Below, piece by piece: positions 51,935 to 64,000 of a DNA stretch of 64,000 nucleotides. The DNA is from Lytechinus pictus (taxonomy: Eukaryota). The notes beneath the pieces are model-generated. The model saw only the letters and a list, made by a program, of their open reading frames with translations. It did no database searches and was not told the DNA's origin. The DNA lies in the NCBI RefSeq assembly GCF_037042905.1, contig NC_087250.1, positions 6,264,001-6,328,000 on the forward strand. The letters run 5' to 3'. Position numbers and translations under genes: made by a program. How positions within the stretch are numbered: the first letter of the stretch is position 1; each line of letters begins with the position of its first letter.

Positions 51935-52649
51935 GGGGGGGGGCGGAACTTACATGTCCGTAAATAATGCGATTGTCATGCACTCGTCGTATCGACGCAG
52001 TGCTTTCATCGATGGATATACCCCCAATCATTTAAAAAGCTTGAAGAAAAATAAGGTATAATAAAACAAGATATTTCCGATATTTTTTTAAGACCACGAA
52101 AATCCAATCTGAACAATAGACTCAGAGAATGTCAATATAAAACATTACACAATATACTATACACAAAAAGTATTTGTATTTATTTAAAATGACAACAGAT
52201 GATTTATATTCATTTTGCAGTAAGGAAGAAAAACATATGATCATATAGTTTTTTCATGTGATAGGATAAAAACTGATACACTTTAAAGAAAGAAAACTAG
52301 CTGAATAGAGAGGTCTATTAACAAACAATTTCAGAAAATGGGACAAGTTTACTTTCTACGGATGCTGGGGCAAAGTAGGTTCAAGCATACAGTTATTTAA
52401 CACCCCAAATGCGAGGGAGGTCCCTATTATCGCACTGCTCTTGGAGTAGGTTGGGGCGGTAATTTTGAATGGGATTTGTGTCTCCGGGGTGCAATGTGGT
52501 TTCTTCTGGAATGAAAATGTAAAAAAAAAATACAAAAAAAAAATTGTACATTTTTTTGTATTATAAATGATTATTTGACTTTGTGAACAGTGTTTTGTTG
52601 ATATACTATTACTTGGATAATTTTGAACTGAATGATTTTATTAAATATT

Positions 52650-53270
52650 ATATTTTGGATCAAAAATTTATCCTCCGGTCATTGGCTAAAAGAGCTTCAC
52701 GTGATTATGTGTATTTTCAACTATTTTGGAATGTTGGCAGCTAGGCATACTATTTGGGAAAATTACGTCATGTTTGTGACGTCATTTCCCCAAATAGTAA
52801 AACTATTTGGGGGAAATGACGTCACGGCGCCATACGCCTGATGCGCGTGATATAAAAATCACCAACATTCAGCGGGGTATACGAGAGCTGGAGTGCTTAC
52901 CATGGGCGACTCTCGCGACGTCGCGGCTACGTTTTTTAATGACCGATCATCCGCGATAATCTAGCGCCAGCTTTCGATATAAAGACATTTGTAAACATTA
53001 TTTAAGAAAAGAGCACACGATCATCAGAGTGACAAGAGAGGATAAAAGGTAAGCCATTATTCTGTTTTTTTCCTTTTGTTTAAAATTTTTGATCCAAAAT
53101 ATAAAACAAATATACTCTGCCATAATTTCGAGTTAGTCTAGTTAAAACTATGGGCCTCGGTGCCTCCAATAGTACCATTCACTTCGGGGCTCAGTGAATA
53201 GTACTATTCTGGAGTCACCTCTTGCCCATAGTTTTAACCAGACCCTCTCTAGGCAAAGTATATTTGTATA
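52650..53270. repeat. Nested-palindrome element containing CRE and TATA motifs
   Basis: Inverted repeat tatattttggatcaaaaatttta (~52650)/taaaatttttgatccaaaatata (~53080); hairpin 52776-52825; long hairpin ~53106-53268. Confidence 0.65.
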
Positions 53271-53297
53271 CTATTACAAAAACAAATGAGAGTGAGC

Positions 53298-54185
53298 ATG
53301 TGAAAGGTCTGATATGTTTACTCCCACCTCTGAAATGTTCCATACTCTAAAATGGATTAACATGGAAAATAGATGGGAGTTCTAGAAGAGTAAATTAATG
53401 TTTGATATCATGAATAACAGTGCACCATTATATTTGTACAATATGTTTTCATTATCCAGCCATACTCACAGATAAAGTTGAATAAGTTCAGAGAATTATG
53501 GTGTGATCATTCCAAGAGTGAAGACAGAATGTGGTAAACGTGCACTATCAATCGATGGTGCTTTACTTTGGAATAGCCTACCCCCATCAGTGAGAAGTGC
53601 TAGTAGTAAGAATGCTTTTTGTTCCCAGTACTTGAAGTGGTGCTCTTCCAGGAAATAGCCCCTTCACTCTTTGCAACATGCAGACATCAGAATGTGAAGC
53701 ACATATATAGGCTTTTTAATATTGTATGAATTACATGTATCTTAACTACTTGCAACACATCTTAAAGATTGTCACACATGGAATAATTATGAGTTTCTCT
53801 GTTAATTTCATGGAAAATAGTTGATGATTTGCATATTTTTGTTTCCACTACTAAATTTCCGTATGTACTATTCACACTGAGTAGCAATCACATTGATTTA
53901 CCTGAATTTAGATAATTGAAATGTAGGGTGAGGGTGTTTTTCCTGTATTGTAATGCTGATTGAAATCCAGATGAAATAACGTTACTTCCCTACATTGTAC
54001 TTATGTACCATCATCTTTTTTCTATGTATTCACTTTTGATTATTTTGCATGTTCTATTTGTTTTTTCCTTATGTAATTTGCTTGTCTGTTAAATTGTAAA
54101 TATTTGTTTACAGGGCCCCTGGAAAACAGTACAAGACTACTGATGGGGCTACCCTGTATAAATAAAACGAAATAAATAAAAATAA
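53298..54185 (+). mobile_element. Decayed 3' fragment of a CR1/L2-group LINE
   Basis: Frame with stops: SEMFHTLKWINM...NNSAPLYL...IPRVKTECGKRAL...ALLWNSLPPSVRSASSKNAF; 3' stem cagggcccc...ggggctaccctg then (AAAT)n. Confidence 0.85.
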
Positions 54186-54692
54186 AATTCTAAAGACGAA
54201 TTACGTACAATCTTCAATGCAATGATGATTCAGGATTTGCATGTGAAAATGCTCAAAGACGTTCTCCAGCACCGTGCTGCAGAAATAGATACACTGTTTA
54301 TGGCTTTGTTCAGGAAAGTGTCATTGCAGTAGTTTCAATAATTTTAGTAAATGTGATAGTTCATTATATAATTTGAGGAAATACGTTGAAGGGGACGATG
54401 ATGGTAGTGATCTAAGTGACGACAAAGACGACTACGACAAAGTGTGAAGATGACGATATTGATGATAAAGATGGTAATGTCAATAATGATGATAATGTTC
54501 ATGTTTTTGGTAATGATGAAAATGATAGCGATCATTTTGATGATGGTAGTGGTAGTTCCTACTGAGTTACTTTTTAAAACAATATTTGATAAGAGATGAA
54601 ATATTAACACAAACATTTTACGTACACTTTTGAATTATTGTATGTATGGTGTTTGAGAAGTAGAGGGCGGAGAATATAATTGGTCTTAACCG

Positions 54693-54830
54693 TGGAGGTG
54701 CCAAGGCCGAGTGGTCTAAGGCTCCTGGCTACACATTGAAAGTCCGGGGCTCGATCCCAGGCCGCAGTACCTATGCCCTTGAGCAAGGCATTTACTCTGC
54801 AATGCTCTTTTATCCTGCTTTCAAATAAAT
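54693..54830 (+). mobile_element. tRNA-derived SINE head of a second family
   Basis: A-box-like AGGCCGAGTGG, B-box-like GGCTCGATCCC, then gcccttgagcaaggcattta core. Confidence 0.7.
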
Positions 54831-57800
54831 AGAAATGATATATACATTATTGGTTACGATGTGTACACTTGTTAAAAAATTGTATCGTTTAGTTTTATAT
54901 GGTTAAATCACCTTGGGATTAGTACCGTAACATTTGAAGCAAAACGGGTAGGGTGAGAGTTAGCTAATATATTTTCATTGGGATGTTATCTATGGCGAAC
55001 ATTTAATAATTGAATGGTAATTTCTGCATCTCTTTGTAATACAAACTTGTGTCTAGCTGTCTGTAAGGTATATTCCCTTGGAAACATTCCGGAGTGTAGG
55101 TGATGGTAGGTAGGTTTGTGTGCGTGTGTGTTTGAGGTGGTCGTGTTTGGTGTTGGGATAAGACCGCGTCATATCTTTGTGGAGAAAACCGAGCCCCAGT
55201 TCTACTGTTGAAACCTAAACATGTATTAATGCGCATCAATCCGTAGCATTATAATAGCTATCAATTCATATTTAAAAAAGGGGGGCGTTAATCTACTACC
55301 GAGGCAGAAACATTTCTATATTTGGTTCCATAAAATGGTTCTTTCATTTTGATTGGTTGATAAAATGTTTTGCCCACCAGAGTTACGTGTAAGAAATGCC
55401 TTGTGTAGATTTAAGTGTTTCGAAGTCGATTCAATCAGTTTAAGCCCCGCAGGAGCATTCGAACACACTGTTTGACCTGATGATGTTGTGTTATCAAGAA
55501 ATGATAGAAACAGTTTGAAATTGAATTGAGCTGCGAGGAGGATAGCGTGATTCTACATGGATATCTATTGTATTTCTCCCAAATGCTTCGGGTAAATGTT
55601 TTCGAGGATATGTTCTAACAAACAACTATTTGCACTATCCGCCAAGTTCAAATGCGTCATCTAAATATTAGGTTTTTACGGAAATAATAGAGGAAGCTAA
55701 TTTCCACCCTAAATTCTGGAGCTTCACTGCAAGTTTAATCCAAAACAGGTAAGAAAGGGGTTGTAAATTAATTGTACTAATGCTGATAAAGGGTTGATAT
55801 TCAATCGGTATACAATGAAAACGTCAACTTAATTGTCTAATAAAATTTTGACGAAACCCATTTGGTTATAAATTTGGTGTAGTTGATATCTTGCTAATTT
55901 GTCTATTGAGTTTATCCCAGTTTTTCTACCGAACTATTGGTCTGTTTCCAGTTAGTAATGTACCCCTTTATGGACATACAATCGAGGGGCGGACCGAGCT
56001 TTCGCCAATGAGGGAATACTTCCATACACATTTCCCCGATCAGCCTCGAAAAGCTGTTTTTTGTGAGTAGTCCTTACTAAAGACTATTTGCTTTAAGTAT
56101 CTGGATTTTTACCTTTATTCTTACGAATAACACAAGACATCTCATGAGGACTGAATACATGTCATAATGCGAGTTGGAGTTCATTGTTTGTGTATTTCAT
56201 TTATTTAGTCCTGGAAAGTTGACATTTTGATTTTTTTTTGTAGTTATAACACACATCTAGGCAATTAATGCTCGTGCAAAGCACGATATGCCATTGTATA
56301 TGCTGACCTTTGAATTATTTTAAAGACTCTTAATAGAAACTCATCATGATTACACGTTTCAAAAATAAATCGACCTTTTGCGAGCAAGAAGCCCGAGTTT
56401 GATTTAATTTTCAATTTAATAGTTGCACCTAAAGGCGGAATTTGTAAAAAAAAAAAAAAATATGTAACAACATTTTGTAATCCAAACATGCAAATGTAAC
56501 TAAACAATACGAGCGCGAAGCGCGAGCTAAACTTCTATAAGTTACACTTACCTGAAAAAGTGGGAATTTAAAGGATTGTTTTGGGGAACTAATGAGCAGT
56601 TTACATATCCCACAGACCTATTTTTATATCCTACCTGAAAAGGGAAATTTTAAGGATTGTTTGCTAACAAAGCAATCGTGAACTTGATTTGTATTTCACT
56701 TATAAAATGCAACAGTAAACGTCTGCTAAGGAGCTTTGACGATTGAAGCAGAATAAAAGTTAACGTAATTTAGAACTGTTGTGAGATTGATGTATCTTAC
56801 AAATCACTAAGTAAATCCGCAGCGTGTGTTGAAAAGCCATGGTATTTGCAGCTGAAATACATTTTAATTGCTGTTTGTTAGAATTCATGAAGAGAATACA
56901 TCATAAATCAAAATGCAAGTGCACATATGTTTTTATATTTATTTTTTCTTACGTGAAAATGATAAAATCGTAAGCCCTATCTGATCGACTTGAACAGAAT
57001 GTGGATCTCACCAAGCAGTCAATTCCACTTTCCTTAATCTTAGTCACTTTTCTTTCTCTTTTTTTTCTCTTGTAATATATTTCCTTCTCAATTTCCACCT
57101 ATCTTTCCCCTTTCCCTCATTAGGTGGTCTGTCAGTGACAGATTACCTTAATTTCGTCAAAATTTTCTAGTTTATTTTTAAAGCAAATATTTGTCGCCAA
57201 ATTTTCTCCAAATAGGCTCAATCAATTTGACTGAATTTCATGTTATTTATGAAATCATCTTAGAGATGCCATAATAAGATTTCCAATGTCATCTTGTGGT
57301 AATGAGGTCATCTAGGCGCCAATTTGTATTTTGTTTTCATCATATCTACATAACTGATTATCACTTATCAATCATATTTACAGCATATAAACTTTAGGTC
57401 ACAGGCCAACTGTCGAGGTTATTTATATTTCGACAGAGAATGAATTTTAGATATGATTTCTTTTTTCATATGACCCTATATAATATTGTGACGTCATCAA
57501 AATTACGTCAGAATTCAAAATTTCTATTTGCGTGCTATGACGTCATCTTAATTATGCAAATATGACTCTAACTCTGTAAGTGGTAGTCAATTTACGTCAT
57601 TTTTTTATATGGTATAGCTGAGGGCTTTCCTATTCTGAATATATTTTTTTTTTTTTTGATGGAAGGATCATCCTAAAAATTGCCATTTTGGCTCATTTTG
57701 CGTGTAATCTGTATCATGTCTCTGAGAGATGACTTTTTGTTAAAACCAGACTCTACATTCCTTTATTTCATGAGTTATATCTCTATTATTTCTTGCTGAC

Positions 57801-58324
57801 ATTTTCTGAGCTTCTTGTACGTTGTAGCTGAGATTATAGGCTTTTGCCTTCCGTTTCCAATCAGATGCCGGGATTATGCCGGTTTTATACTTGCAAAATT
57901 GGATTTGAGATTCTTGTTTATTGCATACGTGTAAAGTCTAAGGGAAATACTGTAGTCCAATCGGTAAGGCGACATACTTGACCTGCCCATCAAGCCACCA
58001 CGGGGGCACGAGTTCGAGCTCAGGGTGAACATGAGTAGTCTTTTTTTCTTTTCACCATTTCGCACATGGTCCTTTATGATCATTAAAAGCAATATAAAGA
58101 AAGAAAACGACTAAAAGTTAAAATATTGAACAATAAAAGAGATTAAAACAATTTTTATGCGATGATTATTATAAAGATATTTATGGAAAATAAATTAACA
58201 TATTTTTAATGGGGTGTAAGTCTATGGCGAACAGTTATGAAAGTAAGGCATTGCTTGGTAATAACTACATCTCTTTGTATAGGTTTTCGAGGTCAAATGT
58301 CCGCAGATTGGAACCGATCGTCCA

Positions 58325-58620
58325 TATAGGTATTTCAAATGTCCGTGTACACGAATGAATGTCTGCATAAGAATATGGATGTCCGATAAGGGATTTAAAA
58401 TGTCCATGTAGGTTCAAAGTGTCTATATAGCTAAATCAAATATCCCATTATGGAGCTCAAATGTCCACGTAGGTTCAAAGTTTCCATATAGCTATATCAA
58501 ATACCCGATTAGAAAAAAACTAAATGTCACATAGGGAACTAAATGTCCAATTAGAGAGTGGAATATCCCACTTTGAAAAAGAAATGTCGTATAGGGCTCT
58601 CAAGCTCTCAATTGTCCACG
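58325..58620. repeat. Degenerate ~20-bp-period minisatellite (aaatgtcc core)
   Basis: aaatgtcc/aaatatcc recurs every ~20 bp with a ~60-bp higher-order repeat. Confidence 0.75.
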
Positions 58621-58633
58621 GCTCAAATTAATA

Positions 58634-58865
58634 ATATCATCTGCTGTAATCTTCAAAGGGCTCTGCAGCCTATCTCGAAGATGAGATTAAACTTGGACGC
58701 ACGTTAAGAGGAGGAGTGAGGGATATTTTCAAGGTGACTTTGGAGAAGCTTTTGGAAGCTGTCAAGCGAAACTGCATTAACTATTTGGAGAGGGAGTTTA
58801 TTCCATTCAGGTACAGATCGTTGGGCAAAGGCAAACACATGTCATCAATTTCGAGTCAATTCAGA
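58634..58865 (-). mobile_element. CR1-type LINE 3' end fragment
   Basis: Minus frame FAQRSVPEWNKLPLQIVNAVSLDSFQKLLQSHLE matches the CR1 ORF2 C-terminal pattern. Confidence 0.75.
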
Positions 58866-60319
58866 GACCGATTCGAAGAATATTTCGGAAAGGCATTTCA
58901 GCGCTTTATAATTGTGATTTCTGTCATATGTATTTCTTTTCAATTATTTCAAATGACATGATGATAATCCCCACATCACCACCTGCCCATTGATATATGA
59001 TAAGACTATAGTCATACTCTATATATTTCTCCTTTAACGGGGTGATACTATGAAGGGCCGTTCACTTGTTGGACGAATGACGGGTTATAGCGTGAAAGGC
59101 CCGTTATACACATAATGTATATTTACAAATATCTATGTATGTCTTGATGGAAAACAAAACACATAAATTTGAGGAAAAAAAATGGGTAAATTTTAAAAGA
59201 ATACTTGTCATTTTTGTTATAAGATTTCCGGACCTTTATATGTATTTCTGCTTGATGTAAACATATTTTCATGATGAATATGCCGCGTGTGTCGGGTGAT
59301 AGGTGATTAATTATTGTTGCATGGGCCGTGTTCGGCGCTCATTTGTTTTTTTAAGCGGCGGCGGAACGGATGGGCGTAGGACATGGCCACCACAGGGATC
59401 GGTTGCCTTTTGTTTTCATACGCCCTGTAGGCCTATACTTTGTTCAAGATTATACTATGTTTGTATGCTATGCTTTGTATTATGTTATTTATATCATTAC
59501 TAAAATGTTTATGCATATATATGCTCTATCGGAGGGAAGTAAAACAAAAAAAAAATAAAAAAACCCATCTGATTCTTAATATTCACACTCTCAAACTTAA
59601 CCTTTGCAGAGAAATACCTAAGTTGTTTGTATTTAAAGCATGGCTTTTCCGCATTATATTTCTTGCTTATAAAAGGCAGTTTAACCTTTTATGACCTTAA
59701 ACGACCTTTAACTGACCTATGCGTAATTTAAATGCCTATTTCATTTGATCTTTCATAAGCTTTATTTGATACCAAACATGACATGTTAATTCCGTACAAT
59801 ATGAAAATCATATGTAAGAGGTTTTTGAAAAGTGGGCGTTGTCCATGACCAAGCTTTCCCAGGTAGCACCCGTCGGATTATTGGAGTAGACACCCTACAT
59901 GTATACTACAACTTCCAGCATTAAAAAAATCGCAGTCATGCCCAACTTGACGTTTATGTTGGGGTTCTACTTGACTTCAAGCCTAAGACCAATATAAGGA
60001 TACCGACATTTTTAAGGTGCTGATCCACTCACGACAACACTTTTGTAAAGGTGAAGTCCATGCGCATGCGTATCTTATTCCGAAGACGCAAGTCATGAAT
60101 ATTTATATTGGCATCCGGAACTGCGGTTGGAAAAATAATTTCGCGGGCCAGGCCCCTCCCCCTGGGTCCGCCTGTGTGTAGTACCAAAGCCTTAATTCAG
60201 TATTTTAATTTTTTTACTTAATATGTACTCGATTTGTTTGAACAACAACTTTCTTATTCATGTCGTAATACATCACGTAGGCTTGGGGCTTCTCATGACA
60301 CTTCCAGCCCAGCGCCCTG

Positions 60320-60629
60320 GGGCCGATTGCACGAAAGGGTCTTTCCAAGGACCGTCTTTCGTGTCGCCCATGTTTTATGATGCGCTATAAGCGGGGTGTT
60401 TCTGAAATTTATGATAAACAAATAAAATTCGTAAGCTTGCTTTTAAATCAAATTTTATACAATTTCATGAAATATCACATCATTTTATAAACAAATATTT
60501 AGTTTATTTTAACGGAAAATAAAATATATTTGCAGATAATTTATTTGAAATGCGTTTCACATGGCGTATCATAAAAGATGGGCGACACGAAAGACGGTCC
60601 TTGCAAAGACCCTTTCGTGCAATCGGCCC
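60320..60629. mobile_element. PIF/Harbinger-like MITE
   Basis: ~65-bp TIRs GGGCCGATTGCACGAAAGGGTCTTT..., flanks CTG/CAG. Confidence 0.85.
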
Positions 60630-61185
60630 CAGAGTCCTGGGGCCCAAAGGGCATGCTGTGATGAGCACTCGTTCGTGAAAACGTGAAAACACGGGATCTT
60701 GTCATCTCACAACTTTCATGTTGTGCCTTTGAATGTTTTTAACAGATAAATGGCGCAATATAAATGCTGTGGATCATCATCATCATGTTGTCGCAAGCGT
60801 CGATCTCGACATGTCGCTGTATAACATAACATGTAGTATTATAATAATTTTGCAAACGAACACCAGATCTAATGTTGCCGTACTCGAGGTTGCGAATGGT
60901 GTGAATCGTCAGCCAGACTGCGGGGCCTTATGCTAATGAGCAAAATATCATTAATTCTGAAAATGTCTTTGTCTAAGAATTTCACCACTACAGCTTCAAG
61001 TAAAGTTGAATAGTATTGCACAATAGAAAAAGAGTAATTTTATCGCTTTTATAATGGCTATTAATTTTAAATGAAAAAATTTGAAAAATAAATGAATTTT
61101 ATGCCTGAAAAGGTGTTCCAAAACAGATTTCCCCCCTTTGTTTTCTCTTGCAAATCCTTTTTTATTTGAGCCCAAATGATAAATA

Positions 61186-61999
61186 CAGTGCGTCCCAGAA
61201 AAAACGAAACCGAGATTTAGCGATGATTTATCATAACTTAATCATAGATAAACTAGACAAATGACCTACCAATATGAAGCGTAGAATCTCTTGTTTCATC
61301 TGGTATTACTTAGATTATTCCTCATTCACACATGAGTGAGCAAAAACAATTCGAAGAAAGAATGCCAAAAACTCATTTGGCGGGGGGTATATGAATTTCA
61401 AAAAGAAAATCACATGACTAAAAATATCAATATCTGCTCTTTTCTTTGATACCTTATTCACAGAAAATGGTCAAGAAGTAAACAAATTATGATCCCTCGA
61501 AACAATGCTTGTATTTCCATAATTTTATTAAATAAACGTGTTTTCACCGGTTTCCCACAGAAGCTATCACACGTTAACAAAATACTTAATGCGTGGCTGA
61601 TCGTCAACAAAGCGGAGTGTCGAGTGAGTTTAAACGCTAGCCTGTAAAACCTCTTCATTTTATGAAATTAATGAAATTCAAGCCTTATTTCAAATAACCA
61701 GAACTTTGTTATTTCTCGACCATTTTCTGTAATTGAGGTATCAAATTAAAGAGCAGATATTGAACTTTTTGAAAATGTGGTTTTCTTTTTGAAACCCAGA
61801 TACAGCGCGCCAAATGACTTTTTGGTATCCCCTTTTCAAATTTGGTCACTCATGCATGAAATATAAATAATCTAAGTAATTTCAGATGAAAGAGGAGATT
61901 CTAAGCTTTACAATGGTAGGTCATTTGTCTATTGTATTTGTGATTAAGTTATGATAAATCATCGATAAATCTCGGTTTCGTTTTTTGTGGGACGCACTA
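61186..61999. mobile_element. Tc1/mariner-type MITE with long inverted arms
   Basis: TA|CAGTGCGTCCCAGAAAAAACGAAACCGAGATTT ... AAATCTCGGTTTCGTTTTTTGTGGGACGCACTA|TA. Confidence 0.88.
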
Positions 62000-62263
62000 T
62001 ATATCTTCGTTAAGCTCATTCTCAGTACTTCATCACAATGCCAATCTAGATATTTGATACCACGTAAATGGGTTAGGATCTATTTTTCCCATCGAGATAC
62101 AAGACGAGATTTCTGAAATTTCTTAGTAGCATTAAATCCTGAGTTCTGACTTGCTGGATAATGTTTTAGAAACAGCATGCTCGGGCATTTGGAAGATATT
62201 ACCATACTTTAGTGTGACTTTGGAGAGGCCCAATTATGAAAACCGTTGAAATTTGGGTTAGTG

Positions 62264-62472
62264 CACTGCAAAAACATCGGTGTCGATTTAACACCAGCCC
62301 AGAATATTATTCAGAGAAGTGTTAAACTACACCAGTTTTGTTTCGGTCTAACACCATGAGAATTAAAACAGCTTGGATTTGATTCGAATCTGGTGTTGTT
62401 TCAAAACTTCTCTGGTGTGGACATATATAGATTCCGGGCTGGTGTTAAATCAACACCGGAGTTTTTGCAGTG
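62264..62472. mobile_element. CACTG-ended MITE, 2-bp TG TSD
   Basis: TG|CACTGCAAAAAC...gatttaacaccagccc / gggctggtgttaaatc...GTTTTTGCAGTG|TG. Confidence 0.8.
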
Positions 62473-63093
62473 TGTGTGGTTTTATGGACCAATCAGAGCC
62501 AAGTATTATTGTTTTCCAGCTACTGAATCATGTACCTGGCCAATGAAAAGGTGGATATTCATCAATTTAAAACAAGTGTTCTTATACAGCCTTTCTCATA
62601 TTAAAACTTAGATCTTCAGTGTTTTCGTGATCTAAAAATCATTTGGGCTAAACAAAGTGTAAAAATTATAAATCTTGACAGGCAAAAATAATTATTTGGT
62701 AGCATTTCTTCGATCAAAGGTTTCACAAACATCACATTTAAACAAAATTAATCCAAACACATGTCCTGAAAGAGTTATTCTTAATGTTTTCAATGGTACC
62801 AAACTCATGAAATTTTATACGTATTTAGGGCAGCAATGACCGAATCAAAATAGATAATTTGGTGCAGATCCAGCTCATTCAATATGCAAAATATTTCTAT
62901 TTACGAATATCACTGGAATATTGAATGTACCTTTTGAGGACCTGCCAACTGACTGTTCTCATCATCGATATACTTGATTTTTAAGACATATCTTGGCATG
63001 TAAATTCTTCATCATTTACAGTAAAATATTTTCATTTTTTTTGATATTTTTCTTATTATAATTCATGTTTATTATCATTTGTCACCTTTTAAG

Positions 63094-63387
63094 GTCTATC
63101 CTCAATGATAATGGAGGCATTACCAGATTTACAGCAGGTGGAGATTATACGTCTTGCAGAAGACATACCTCCTGGTCGTTACATAGAGCTCTGTGTAGCT
63201 TTAGGGTACTCCATAAACCAGGGTGATGCAGTTCTTGCCAGCCACCAATCCAAATACAAGGAAGCTACAACGCAGGTTTTAAACGATTGGAGTACGAAGC
63301 AAAAAGAGCCAAACCAATCACGATCAATCCTGGCACGGAACCTTAAAGAGGCGAAGCTGGGTGAATTAGGAGCGAAATTATCCACAG
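63094..63387 (+). CDS. Death-domain exon, probable N-terminus of a second NLR-type gene
   Basis: ccttttaag acceptor and ACAG|gtaata donor; ATGs at 63105 and 63111; MEALPDLQQVEIIRLAEDIPPGRYIELCVALG...TQVLNDW...ILARNLKEAKLGELGAKL fits the death-fold pattern typical of echinoid NLR N-termini. Confidence 0.8.
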
Positions 63388-64000
63388 GTAATAACTTTCT
63401 ATTATTTCGTTATTTTTATGACCGGTGTTACGATATTTAACAAATACTAAAGAACACCGAAGAAAATTTAATATACTATTTGTTGGCCTTTTTATTTACA
63501 CGTAAACAGATCATACACTAAACAAAATAATAAGTTTTCTTACATATCTTGTAGAGTCAGTTCTGATTAATCTTCGAATTATGATAAGCCAAACAATGCG
63601 AAGTAGCTGGTAAGGAGTTCCTTAACTTAAAATCCACAATGCAGGCAATGATGAAATTGTGTTGAAATGCGATGGATGTGTAGAGTCACAGTAACAAGAT
63701 GAAATGTCCATGAAGACGAAATTAATGATGATGAAAAGTCAAGTCAGCAATCCTTGGGTTGACTAATTTGCTTTAGAACAGGCTGACGATCTCGATGAGA
63801 ACTGAGAATTCCTCTTTCAAGAGAAGTGCAAGCAGTTCATTGATGGTGTGCAAATAATTCCACAGATCTTAATGATGTATTCAGGGTGGATATAAGCTAT
63901 GCTCCAATATTAAGTCTAGCCTCAAACTCTTAGTACTGATCTGATATGAACCTTGAAGAAAATACCAGATTTTACAAATATAGATTTCAACTATACTGGA

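Noticed and set aside
57485..57610. Cluster of TGACGTCA-like sites as an enhancer
   Set aside because: No TATA or exon context; similar text occurs near 20740, suggesting a repeat interior.
63590..64000. Coding-like composition, possibly a decayed minus-strand LINE
   Set aside because: Frames are interrupted and no diagnostic motif was recognised.

Overview
AT-rich animal genomic DNA, most likely a sea urchin (inferred from the NLR-type LRR and death-domain exons and the repeat families). No prokaryotic features are supported. The window holds the 3' end of a spliced + strand NLR-type immune receptor gene: four exons (336-384, 12936-13435, 19665-19764, 25286-25339) that join in frame. A death-domain exon (63094-63387) starts a second, same-strand NLR-like gene, suggesting a tandem cluster. 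Most of the rest is mobile DNA: an intact-ORF2 CR1/L2-group LINE in an NLR intron, several truncated LINEs, tRNA-derived SINEs, many MITEs, Helentron-like elements, and two copies of a Mutator-like element with 9-bp TSDs and different nested insertions. The most unusual signals are a complete cloverleaf tRNA-like gene with a UCA (UGA-reading) anticodon and Pol III terminator inside an inverted-repeat element, periodic GCGC-GAA-GCGC mini-hairpin arrays, a CTAG-palindrome-dense tract, and a palindromic CRE/TATA cassette upstream of the second NLR. Most short ORFs in the supplied track are spurious.
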